Below, one piece after another: positions 9,785-17,948 of a DNA stretch of 18,070 nucleotides (the first letter of the stretch is position 1; the number at the start of each line of letters is the position of its first letter). The stretch is from Elainellaceae cyanobacterium (GTDB lineage: Bacteria; Cyanobacteriota; Cyanobacteriia; CAZCXK01), in NCBI GenBank assembly GCA_051117555.1, contig JBNPEG010000168.1, forward strand, positions 1 through 18,070, read 5' to 3'. The notes beneath the pieces were generated by a model that was given only the letters and a program-made list of their open reading frames with translations, did not search any database and had not been told where the DNA came from. Both the position numbers and the translations under genes were made by a program.

Positions 9785-10609
9785 ATGCCAAAGCAACGAA
9801 TCGATATTTTGTTAGTAGATCGCCATCTTTGCGACTCTCGGCAGCAGGCACAGCGGCTGATTCGGGCGGGAGAGGTGATGATCAATCAGCAGGTGATTGA
9901 TAAGCCGGGAACGGAAGTAGATGAGGCAGCAGAGATTCACGTTAAAGCGCGATCGCCCTTTGTATCGCGAGGGGGCGAGAAACTATCAAAAGCACTGTCT
10001 GAGTTTCCAATCCAGGTTAATGGGCGCATCTGCCTGGATGGAGGGATCTCAACGGGAGGATTTACCGACTGTTTGCTGCAAGCTGGCGCCTCAAAAGTTT
10101 ACGGCATAGATGTGGGCTATGGGCAAGTGGCCTGGAGTCTGCGCCAAGATCCGCGAGTCATCATCAAAGAACGCACCAATTTGCGCCATCTTACCCCAGA
10201 CCAGCTCTATGAGTCGGGTCAGCCTGATGCCGATTTTGGGGTCGTCGATGTTTCATTTATCTCTCTAGCCAAAGTGTTGCCTGCCCTATGGACGCTGTTA
10301 CACCCCCCTCGCGAAGTCGTGCTACTGGTCAAACCCCAGTTTGAAGTGGGGCGAGACAAAGTAGGCAAGAAAGGGGTCGTGCGGGATGCGACCATTCAGG
10401 CAGGGGCGATCGCCCACGTCTTGAACTCAGCCCGTGAATTGGGATGGAACTTCGCCGGATTAACGTGGTCACCGCTACTAGGTCCAGCCGGAAACATCGA
10501 ATATTTGCTCTGGATGACGATGGACAACGCAAATCCCACGCCGACGCTGAATGATATTCAACACTTAGCTCAGACTGCCCAGCAAGCACTAGGGCGCGCC
10601 AAGGAGTAA
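9785..10609 (+). CDS. tlyA: TlyA family rRNA 2'-O-methyltransferase
   Basis: N-terminal S4 domain, FVSRGGEKL, LDGGISTGGFTDCLLQ, DVGYGQ, DVSFISL, LVKPQFE, GNIEY. Confidence 0.95.
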   Translation: MPKQRIDILLVDRHLCDSRQQAQRLIRAGEVMINQQVIDKPGTEVDEAAEIHVKARSPFVSRGGEKLSKALSEFPIQVNGRICLDGGISTGGFTDCLLQAGASKVYGIDVGYGQVAWSLRQDPRVIIKERTNLRHLTPDQLYESGQPDADFGVVDVSFISLAKVLPALWTLLHPPREVVLLVKPQFEVGRDKVGKKGVVRDATIQAGAIAHVLNSARELGWNFAGLTWSPLLGPAGNIEYLLWMTMDNANPTPTLNDIQHLAQTAQQALGRAKE

Positions 10610-10646
10610 GGAGGTTGCATGATAACGGTGAAGTTATGTTGTGTTT

Positions 10647-10874
10647 CTATTGAGCTGGACTCAACTGTCCTAGCTCAACACTAACTGTGTCAAAACGATT
10701 ATCGCCAGGATGATAAGAGAGGATTTCTAAGCCAATCGGCTCACCCGTTGTTGAGTCTTTGATTAGGATGACCCCGTCCCTTAGCTCAGTGCCGATTTGC
10801 TCTTTTCGGGGAGGTTGCCAGAATACCGTTAGCAGTTCTGTTTCTGGTTCGTAGAAGACTTTTATCTGTGCCAT
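10647..10874 (-). CDS. DUF2283-like protein (putative antitoxin)
   Basis: 75 aa with IKVFYEPETELLTVFW...DGVILIKD...GEPIGLEIL, the DUF2283-type pattern. Confidence 0.7.
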   Translation of the reverse strand: MAQIKVFYEPETELLTVFWQPPRKEQIGTELRDGVILIKDSTTGEPIGLEILSYHPGDNRFDTVSVELGQLSPAQ

Positions 10875-10921
10875 ATAGACTCTCCTTCTTTGCTTGTATC
10901 AGTTTGGTAAGCGGTAATTAA
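10862..10921 (-). pseudogene. 3' remnant of the toxin-like partner gene of DUF2283
   Basis: Manual translation LITAYQTDTSKEGESIWHR* overlaps the DUF2283 start. ITAY...W is a typical C-terminus of such partners, and no full ORF is present upstream. Confidence 0.55.
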
Positions 10922-11485
10922 GGAGATTTTCACGAAAGAATCTACTGATCTGTGCTTGTATCCCGTGGCAAAATCCAAGGACCAGCCTCACAATCGGGCA
11001 TTTCAGGAGCTGATCCAGCACGAGAAGTTAGTTGATACAGTTTTAACGCCCGATAATCTTGAAAATATGGGAATAAAATATTACTGTTTTGACAATTCGG
11101 TTTAAAACACCAAAAACCGCTACCTCAGTGCTGGTGCGGTCTAGTGCGGCAGTCATACGACTACCCCTGAGCTAAGCTCTGCTTGCAGAATACTCAACAA
11201 GATAGACTTAATCAAGCATTGTGCAGTTTAATCTTTCGAGCAAGGTCTAACCATGGGATAGTGAGTTTCGCCTTGTTTTCGTCACCTCTTCCCAATCCAA
11301 AGATGTGTTACCAATAGCAGGCTTTGCGAATCTTGACCTGTTACGCTGAACAGCAGGCAAGTTTCCACCCCTCCTCAACGTCTAGACCTGGAGTTTTGCA
11401 AAAAAACTCTAGATTCAACGATGGACTCGATATCACCATCGGGATGCATCCAATCGTGGATTGTTCGCCAAGTATTTGTCAATGA

Positions 11486-13990
11486 ATGTTATCAAGGTCA
11501 TATCGTATGGTTATGCGGGACTTTGCCCTCGCGAATCGCCACTGGGAAGACGAGGCGATCGCCCCTTCGATTCAACTAGATGGTTCTCAACTCCAGGTAC
11601 AACCGCTGATTATTGCCGGAGATCCGACCGGAAGCCCTCCTGATTTTCCAGCCAATCGCGTCGACCCCAATACCGCGAATTCACCGTTTGCCGGAGTCGG
11701 AAGCCTCACTATCACCCCTTCCCCAACCGAATCATTTTTGTGTAGCGGTGCGGCGATTAGTCCCCGGCATATTCTCACGGCGGCTCACTGCCTAGATGTG
11801 GAGGGGGAAGACGGCATCATCGACGTGCAGCCTGGGGATGTAACGGTCAACCTGAATGTTGGCAGTGATTTGTCAAACCGCATCACAGCCAGCGCTCTCG
11901 ATCTTTTCCCCGAGTATGCAGGCTTTTCAAATGGCCTCAATAATGACCTGGCGATCGTGACGCTGAGCGACGATTTACCTAGCAATGTGCCGATTTATTC
12001 GCTCTTTCGCGACCCGTTGCAACCCGACACGATTCTCACCTTGGTCGGGTATGGCACAACAGGCACTGGTCTAGTCGGGTTTGTAGAAGGCACGGCCAAC
12101 CCAGCCATTAAACGAGTCGGGCAAAATCAAATCGAAGATACGACCCTGTTAACGCAGTTTGTCCCAGATATTAGTGAAAATTTCCTGTTTGATTTTGATG
12201 GCCCCGATGCGTCAACGAATTCTCTAGCAGTTTTAGGGTCAGGGTTAACGCTGGGCAATACGGTTGAAGCAACAGTGGGTCCGGGCGATTCGGGGGGGCC
12301 AAGTTTCATTCAAGTGGGTGGTGAGCTGCTTTTGGCGGGTGTTAATACGTTTGCCTTTGCGTTTCCTGATGCCTTTGCGCCTCCAGAGGATGCGGTGATT
12401 CAAGGTACGTTTGGCAGCGGTGGCGGTGGCGTGATTCTTTCTGATCCTGAAAAGCTGGCGTGGATTGACAGCATTATTGGCACTGTTCCGCCCGATGCAT
12501 TGGGGCAAATTTCAGGCAGTCTATGGAACGACCTCAATGGCAACGGAGTGCGCGATACGACTGAACCCGGACTTGCCAACTGGACAGTGTATTTGGATGA
12601 CAACCAGAACGGAGTGCTGGATTTAGGAGAGTCGAGCACCATCACGGATGTCCAAGGTAACTATGGATTCCAAGACTTGGCTCCTGGAACCTACACCGTT
12701 GCTCAAGGTATCCCCCCGGAGTGGACGCAGACGTTTCCAGCGATGGGCCACCTTGTGCTGCTGAATGCCGACTTTAGCGACGAGGCGGGGACGCCTAACT
12801 TAGACGGATTTACGATCGATAACGCGAATGATTCGATCGAAGGGCTGTGGCATCTGTCAACGGGGCGCGGCATCCAGGCGGGGCACTCGGCAGATGACAG
12901 CCTCTATTTTGGAACAGGTGAAGGGAGCACAGGCGGCGGGACGTACAATGTGACGCCCAATGTGGGCGATCGCACGGCAGGGCAAATCACTTCTCCGGTG
13001 ATCGACTTGGCACCGTTGTCAGCCGCAGAATTATCATTCAACTATTTTCTGAATGTTGAACCATCGGCAGAGAGCGATCGCGCTCAGGTTCTCATTGCTC
13101 AAAATGGAGGTGCCTTTCAGCCCGTTCTAGAGAAGGGCAATGGCTTGAGCATATCTGCAACCAGTGCGGCGGCGTGGCGATCGGCGACGGTTGACCTGAC
13201 GCCGTATGTCGGCAGCACCATTCAGATTCAGTTTGATTTTGATACGGTCGATCATCTGCTGAATTCGCTAGAAGGCTGGTATGTCGATGATGTGGTTGTG
13301 GAAGGAGTTGGCAGCACCGCATACACCGTGGCGATCGCCCCAGGGCAAACACGATCAGGCATTGACTTTGGCAATCAGCTCATCAGCGCCTCCCCTCCAG
13401 TCAATCCATTAGATGGAGACAATGTTCTCATAGGAACAAACGGCGCAGATACGCTCAGGGGAGAAAATGGAGACGATATCCTGCGCGGCAAGGGAGGGGC
13501 AGACAGGCTCTACGGCAATCTCGGAGCAGATAGTCTCAACGGCAATGGTGGCGGAGATGTGCTGTTTGGCGGCATCGGTGCCGATACGCTCCGGGGTGGC
13601 ATTGGCGCAGATGAGCTGCACGGCAACGGTGGGGCAGACACCCTAATTGGCAACGGCGGCGATGATGTGTTGATAGGTGGACTCGGGCGCGATACGCTCA
13701 CGGGCGGGCGAGGGAGCGATCGCATTGTCTATCGGCAACTGGGCGATCGCCGTGACACAATGACTGACTTTAACCCCAATCAGGATGTCATCGATATCAG
13801 CCCGATTTTTAATCGCCCCGCCTACAGCAGCAGCAATCCATTTGATGACTACGTGCGGCTTGTACAACGAGGAAGCCACACCCACGTTCAAGTTGACGCC
13901 AACGGCGGGATGCCGAATGCGTTTCAAACCTTGGTAATGCTCGAAAACGTTGATGCAAATCGCTTGAGCGCCAGCCAGTTTATTCTATGA
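11486..13990 (+). CDS. secreted trypsin-like (S1) serine protease with SdrD-B-like domain, beta-sandwich insert, RTX Ca-binding repeats and type I secretion C-terminal domain
   Basis: Catalytic triad motifs TAAHC / DLAIV / GDSGG; WNDLNGNGVRD...DFGN SdrD-B-like segments; GGxGxDxLx nonapeptides; C-terminal TDFNPNQDVIDI...FIL. The start may be a few codons later. Confidence 0.85.
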   Translation: MLSRSYRMVMRDFALANRHWEDEAIAPSIQLDGSQLQVQPLIIAGDPTGSPPDFPANRVDPNTANSPFAGVGSLTITPSPTESFLCSGAAISPRHILTAAHCLDVEGEDGIIDVQPGDVTVNLNVGSDLSNRITASALDLFPEYAGFSNGLNNDLAIVTLSDDLPSNVPIYSLFRDPLQPDTILTLVGYGTTGTGLVGFVEGTANPAIKRVGQNQIEDTTLLTQFVPDISENFLFDFDGPDASTNSLAVLGSGLTLGNTVEATVGPGDSGGPSFIQVGGELLLAGVNTFAFAFPDAFAPPEDAVIQGTFGSGGGGVILSDPEKLAWIDSIIGTVPPDALGQISGSLWNDLNGNGVRDTTEPGLANWTVYLDDNQNGVLDLGESSTITDVQGNYGFQDLAPGTYTVAQGIPPEWTQTFPAMGHLVLLNADFSDEAGTPNLDGFTIDNANDSIEGLWHLSTGRGIQAGHSADDSLYFGTGEGSTGGGTYNVTPNVGDRTAGQITSPVIDLAPLSAAELSFNYFLNVEPSAESDRAQVLIAQNGGAFQPVLEKGNGLSISATSAAAWRSATVDLTPYVGSTIQIQFDFDTVDHLLNSLEGWYVDDVVVEGVGSTAYTVAIAPGQTRSGIDFGNQLISASPPVNPLDGDNVLIGTNGADTLRGENGDDILRGKGGADRLYGNLGADSLNGNGGGDVLFGGIGADTLRGGIGADELHGNGGADTLIGNGGDDVLIGGLGRDTLTGGRGSDRIVYRQLGDRRDTMTDFNPNQDVIDISPIFNRPAYSSSNPFDDYVRLVQRGSHTHVQVDANGGMPNAFQTLVMLENVDANRLSASQFIL

Positions 13991-14068
13991 AAGGTCGTCT
14001 CTGATCGACGGCTGCGCAATTTAGACTATAATCCCCATTCGGAGCTATTAACCCGTCGCACCTGATAT

Positions 14069-14857
14069 ATGAATTCTGCACCCATTGGCGTTTTTGATTC
14101 TGGGGTCGGTGGGTTGTCCGTATTACGCGCCATTCGGACAGCGCTTCCCAAGGAACACTTGTATTATGTTGCGGATTCGGGGCATGTTCCCTATGGCATC
14201 CGGACTGCTGACTATCTTCGGCAGCGCGCCATGGCGTTGAGTCATTTTCTACTAGAGCAGAATGCTAAGGCACTCGTGATCGCGTGTAATACGGCCACCG
14301 TTGCAGCCGTCGCCCATCTTCGCGCAACAGTATCAGTTCCCATCGTGGCCGTTGAGCCTGCTGTGAAGCCTGCGGTCACGATTACCAAATCAGGTGTTGT
14401 GGGCATCTTGGCGACCGAGGCCACATTTGCTAGCGCCCAGTTTTCCTTGCTGCGCGATCGCTTTGCAGCCAAGGTGACGATTCTAACGCAAGCGTGTCCG
14501 CTACTTGTTCAGCAAGTCGAAGCTGGGGATCTCACCAGTTCTACCACCTATACCCTAGTCAAACACTACACAGAACCGCTCTTGGCAGCCGGTGCAGATA
14601 CGCTCGTGCTGGGCTGCACCCATTACCCGTTCCTTCGCCCCACGATTAATCAGGTTGTTGGAACAGACGTCTCGATTATCGACACGGGAGAAGCGGTGTC
14701 TCGTCAGCTATCGCGCGTGCTTGCCGAACGCAACTTGCTGAATATTGAGTCTCAGAGAGGGACTGAACGCTTTTGGACGAGCGGCGAGGTGCCTCCCGCT
14801 CAACAGGTCATCTCAACCTTATGGGGGCATTCCGTAAAGGTAGAATCATTGCCTTAG
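14069..14857 (+). CDS. murI: glutamate racemase
   Basis: IGVFDSGVGGLSV, PYG, IACNTA and LGCTHYP catalytic motifs. Confidence 0.96.
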   Translation: MNSAPIGVFDSGVGGLSVLRAIRTALPKEHLYYVADSGHVPYGIRTADYLRQRAMALSHFLLEQNAKALVIACNTATVAAVAHLRATVSVPIVAVEPAVKPAVTITKSGVVGILATEATFASAQFSLLRDRFAAKVTILTQACPLLVQQVEAGDLTSSTTYTLVKHYTEPLLAAGADTLVLGCTHYPFLRPTINQVVGTDVSIIDTGEAVSRQLSRVLAERNLLNIESQRGTERFWTSGEVPPAQQVISTLWGHSVKVESLP

Positions 14858-14886
14858 GCGATCGCCCCACCAGGTATACCAATTCT

Positions 14887-14912
14887 CGATTTTGGATTTG
14901 CGATTTTGGATT
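14887..14912. repeat. STRR-like short tandem repeat
   Basis: CGATTTTGGATT at 14887 and 14901 (14-bp period, i.e. two heptamers), intergenic. Confidence 0.55.
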
Positions 14913-14996
14913 GACAGCCACCAGCCTTGCAGTTCTAGCCTGTTCATATGTGGCCTTACTTTGAAGAATTGGCATTAGGGCATTGCTCATCGACGA

Positions 14997-15287
14997 ATGA
15001 TTTTCGGAGGGGCAATAGCCCTATGGGCATGGCCAGGCGAGCCTATGACAAAGACAGGCGTGCCTATTCCAGAGACAGGCTGGCCTATGATTTTTACAGG
15101 CGTGCCTCTTCCAGAGACAGGCGTGCCTATTCCAGAGACAGGTGTGCCTATTCCGGAGACAGGCGTGCCTATTCCAGAGACAGGCGTGCCTCTCCCAGAG
15201 ACCAGCAAACCCATTCCAGAGACAGGCACGTGTAGAATTTCTACTAGATCAGAATCCTCTTCGGATAGAATAGCGGCAACTCGATGA
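14997..15287 (+). CDS. possible heptapeptide-repeat (TGVPIPE) small protein
   Basis: Differences among the well-conserved repeat units are synonymous or conservative in this frame. No known domain. Confidence 0.3.
   Translation: MIFGGAIALWAWPGEPMTKTGVPIPETGWPMIFTGVPLPETGVPIPETGVPIPETGVPIPETGVPLPETSKPIPETGTCRISTRSESSSDRIAATR
15034..15229. repeat. 21-bp tandem repeat, 9 full copies plus a partial one
   Basis: Consensus CAGGCGTGCCTATTCCAGAGA, with units starting at 15034, 15055, 15076, 15097, 15118, 15139, 15160, 15181, 15202 and 15223. Confidence 0.92.
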
Positions 15288-15305
15288 ACCCGATGCCCAG
15301 GCGTT

Positions 15306-16132
15306 GTGCTGATGATCAGTGTTGAAGAAAGCCTTGCCTTCCTTGCGAGTGCTCCTCTGGAGAATGCCCCTGAATCGCTGAAAGAATTTATCAATCGCCC
15401 ACTGATGCAGTGGAGCATCGCGCTCTTTGTCATCGTGGGCATCGTGCTTACCTATCTCAAAACCCAAACTGAAGCGCTGGATAAAACTATTGCCAACCTC
15501 CAAAGCGTCTGGACGCGGATAGGCGGAAGCGCTTCATCCACTGCACCCGCTCAAGAGTTTGCGGAGACGAGAAAGAAGCTAATTGCCGCCTTTCAAACTA
15601 AGGTTGCCATTCGCCTAGAAGATGCGCTGCATCAAAATTACATCATCCCGCTGGAGTGGGGCGATCGCCGCAGCGAAGTAGGACGTCGGCAGCCACGAGC
15701 CATTATTCCATTGGTGGGCTGATTGGTGGGCTGATTGGTGGGCTGAAAGCAGAAGTTCAGATTCGCACAACGCCCAATCAGGGCATTTGGGATTCTGCTA
15801 GAAACGTGTGGATAATTTCCGCGATCAGCTATCCTGCTTGTCTGACTCTCGCGACCCTCCTGAAGTATGCTATGGGGCAACCATTTACGATACCAGACGT
15901 TTTGTTGGAAGCGATCGCCTACACTTTGATGTTCGGCTTTGGTGTTGGTGGAGGAATAGCCTGCGTTCAGCATCTTGCCTTGCGCTTTGTCTTATGGCAA
16001 TCGGGCTGTAGCCCCTGGAACTATGCTCAATTTCTAGAATTTGCGTCAGAACTACGCTTCATTCAGCGGGTAGGGGGGCGATATCGGTTTATTCATGATT
16101 TGCTGAGAGAGCATTTTGCCGAATTATCGTAG
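15306..16132 (+). pseudogene. NACHT-domain membrane protein with the central NTPase deleted (N- and C-terminal fragments joined out of frame)
   Basis: The N-part (RKKLIAAFQTKVAIRLEDALH) resembles the pre-NACHT helix. The C-part has GLIG repeats, PNQGIW, QHLALR, PWNYAQFL and RVGGRYRFIHDLLREHFA. No Walker A motif; junction at about 15705-15710. Confidence 0.75.
15710..15745 (+). repeat. 12-bp tandem repeat x3 (encodes IGGL)
   Basis: Exact ATTGGTGGGCTG at 15710, 15722 and 15734. Confidence 0.9.
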
Positions 16133-16141
16133 GGGCGATTG

Positions 16142-16173
16142 GCGTTCGCGCAGCGTAGGCTCTTGTCTAATCG
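16142..16173 (+). repeat. HIP1-associated small dispersed repeat, copy 1
   Basis: GCGTTCGCGCAGCGTAGGCTCTTGTCTAATCG, similar to 16964-16994. Confidence 0.65.
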
Positions 16174-16259
16174 TGTCATAGCCAAAACCTGATCATAACT
16201 ATGAAATTGATTAAGAAGACTGTTAAGGTAAAAAGTAACTTAGCGTGGAGTAATCCTCT

Positions 16260-16535
16260 ATGACATCTAGAGAACAGCTTATTCGTGAAATTGAACAAGT
16301 CCCTGATTCTCTGGTAGAGGAAGTCTTAGATTTTCTGCTGTTTTTAAAGAATAAGCAGCAACAAAAAACTCTCATGGTTAGTCGCGTCACTAATCAGCCA
16401 CATCAGAACAGTGTCTTAGACCGCATGGGAGGAGTTCCACCTCATTTGATTTCTGATGGGAATTTATCAGACCGAGATACTCGTCGAGCAGTGATTGCAT
16501 CACGTTTACAAGACCATCATCAACAGAGGCAATGA
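16260..16535 (+). CDS. DUF2281-like putative antitoxin
   Basis: REQLIREIEQVPDSLVEEVLDFLLFLK motif; ATGA overlap with the PIN gene; GGAG RBS. Confidence 0.7.
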   Translation: MTSREQLIREIEQVPDSLVEEVLDFLLFLKNKQQQKTLMVSRVTNQPHQNSVLDRMGGVPPHLISDGNLSDRDTRRAVIASRLQDHHQQRQ

Positions 16536-16955
16536 CTGATCCTCCTATCATTTTGGTAGACACGGGGTTATTAGTTGCCTTTTATGATTCAGCAGATCGA
16601 TATCATGATCAAGTCGTCAAAATTTTTGCTGAATGTACTAGCCGACTTATAACCACTGAAAGCTGTGCTACAGAGTTTATGTGGTTATTAGCTACTGATT
16701 GGCGAGTACGGAATGAGTTTTTGTATCACTTAACCAATCAGATTTATGAATGTGCTTCACTCTTGTCTCAAGATTTTGCCCGGGTTGCTGAACTAAATGC
16801 TCAGTACGCAGATTTGCCAGCAGATTTTTCAGATTTGTCTCTCGTGGTCATTTCAGAACGGCTAAACATTTGCGATCGCCACTTTAGATAAAGACTTTGA
16901 TATCTATCGCCGTTATCGGAACCAGCCATTTAAACGAGTTTTTATCCCTGAATAA
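16532..16955 (+). pseudogene. vapC: VapC/PIN toxin, frameshifted near the C-terminus
   Basis: ILVDTG, TE and ADFSDLSL motifs are in the first frame. The expected ending AIATLDKDFDIYRRYRNQPFKRVFIPE* is in another frame at 16872-16955. Confidence 0.8.
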
Positions 16956-16963
16956 CCTTTAGA

Positions 16964-17017
16964 GCGATCGCGCAGCGTAGGTTCTGACTAATCGCCCAGT
17001 GTAGGCTCTGCCTAATC
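16964..17017 (+). repeat. HIP1-associated small dispersed repeat, copies 2 and 3 in tandem
   Basis: GCGATCGCGCAGCGTAGGTTCTGACTAATCG (16964-16994), then CAGTGTAGGCTCTGCCTAATC (16997-17017). Confidence 0.65.
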
Positions 17018-17151
17018 TCAACTATCAAGCGTTTGAGAACTTTAATGGAACTTTTGGAGTTGAGTGGTTATGATGGGGCGATCGCGTTTATACAGAATAT
17101 GGTAATCGTCATCAAGTACTGCCCCTTCTCATCACGTGCATAATCCCCTAG

Positions 17152-17409
17152 CTAAGCTGTAACCATCTCAGGTGGTGTATCGGGTGAGGTTGGCTCAAAA
17201 TGCAACACCATCATCTGATCGGGGCGCAGCCCTAATGATTCATACGTACGTCCGTTGCGATCGCTAAATTCAACTTCGAATGCTTTGCCATTGGCTAATG
17301 TCTCAACGACTGTTCCGACTTGGCCTCGCCATAGGTTGTATTGAGGGAGGTTAACGGTTAAGGCAACTACATCGAGTAATTTGACTGGATTGGCTGTCAT
17401 GCTCATCAC
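17152..17409 (-). CDS. DUF4926 domain protein
   Basis: KLLDVVALT.NLP...L.RGQVGTVVE...AFEVEFSD..GRTY pattern. The likely start is ATG at 17400. Confidence 0.85.
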   Translation of the reverse strand: MMSMTANPVKLLDVVALTVNLPQYNLWRGQVGTVVETLANGKAFEVEFSDRNGRTYESLGLRPDQMMVLHFEPTSPDTPPEMVTA

Positions 17410-17418
17410 TCTTATCAG

Positions 17419-17547
17419 TTAAAGGGGATAGCAGGTTGTTAGTTTTGGAATCTCAGAACCATGCTCAATGATCCACGCACTCCGCAAAGTTGCACTTCTA
17501 TGTTTACGAATATCAACAACTGCTTTCTCTGCATTGGGAATAAGCAT
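17419..17547 (-). pseudogene. DUF6883-like partner of DUF4926 with an in-frame internal deletion
   Basis: Manual translation MLIPNAEKAVVDIRKHRSATLRSAWIIEHGSEIPKLTTCYPL* (42 aa) keeps both family termini but lacks the central YCLN..H..GKHKA region. Confidence 0.7.
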
Positions 17548-17620
17548 AAAGAAACAGCTTTTAGTGAGTATTTATAAATCTACTGTGATTTAATCCTTAC
17601 TATTTCTAGATTTAATAGAT

Positions 17621-17860
17621 TAGTACGAGGTTCGCAGTAAGGGATTAGGGTCTGAGTTTATTCGAGCAGTCGATGCCTGTTTATCGGCGATCGCCCGAAA
17701 TTCTTAAGCATATTCAGTTGTATACAAAGACGTGCGTCGAGCGCTAGTGCGTCGGTTTCCCTACAATATTTTTTATCTGATTGAGCAAGATATAGTCATC
17801 GTTTTGGCCTGTTTCCACGCAAAGCGCAATCTAAAGCAGTGGAGAGAGCGAATCGATTGA
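17621..17860 (+). pseudogene. RelE/ParE-family toxin pseudogene
   Basis: *YEVRSKGLGSEFIRAVDACLSAIARNS*AYSVVYKDVRRALVRRFPYNIFYLIEQDIVIVLACFHAKRNLKQWRERID*. Stops at 17621 and 17705; N-terminus missing. Confidence 0.8.
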
Positions 17861-17948
17861 AGTGATAGACGATCGCAATTGAAGTGATTTATGGTTATCC
17901 TACCTACTATCAATGGTTTGGAGAAACTCTTTTAGGAGATAGGGCATT

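Larger units (their letters stand above)
2732..17694. repeat. HIP1 octamer GCGATCGC, dispersed (about 35 copies by manual count)
   Basis: Examples at 2732, 3221, 5101, 7111, 8942, 13331, 14858, 15661, 16872, 16964 and 17687. Fewer than one copy is expected by chance in 18 kb. Confidence 0.92.

Noticed and set aside
10964..11104. Short open frame VAKSKDQPHNRAFQELIQHEKLVDTVLTPDNLENMGIKYYCFDNSV
   Set aside because: It may be a gene fragment, but I cannot assign a family and there is no clear RBS.
13420..13720. 27-bp periodic repeats as an independent element
   Set aside because: Fully explained by the RTX nonapeptide coding repeats.
15034..15229. CRISPR array
   Set aside because: The units are head-to-tail with no unique spacers, and there are no cas genes.
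14987..15442. Minus-strand 151-aa ORF and plus-strand RRAYSRD ORF (14948-15235)
   Set aside because: They stay open because the repeat lacks stops. Substitutions are less conservative in these frames, and the minus ORF overlaps the NACHT fragment.
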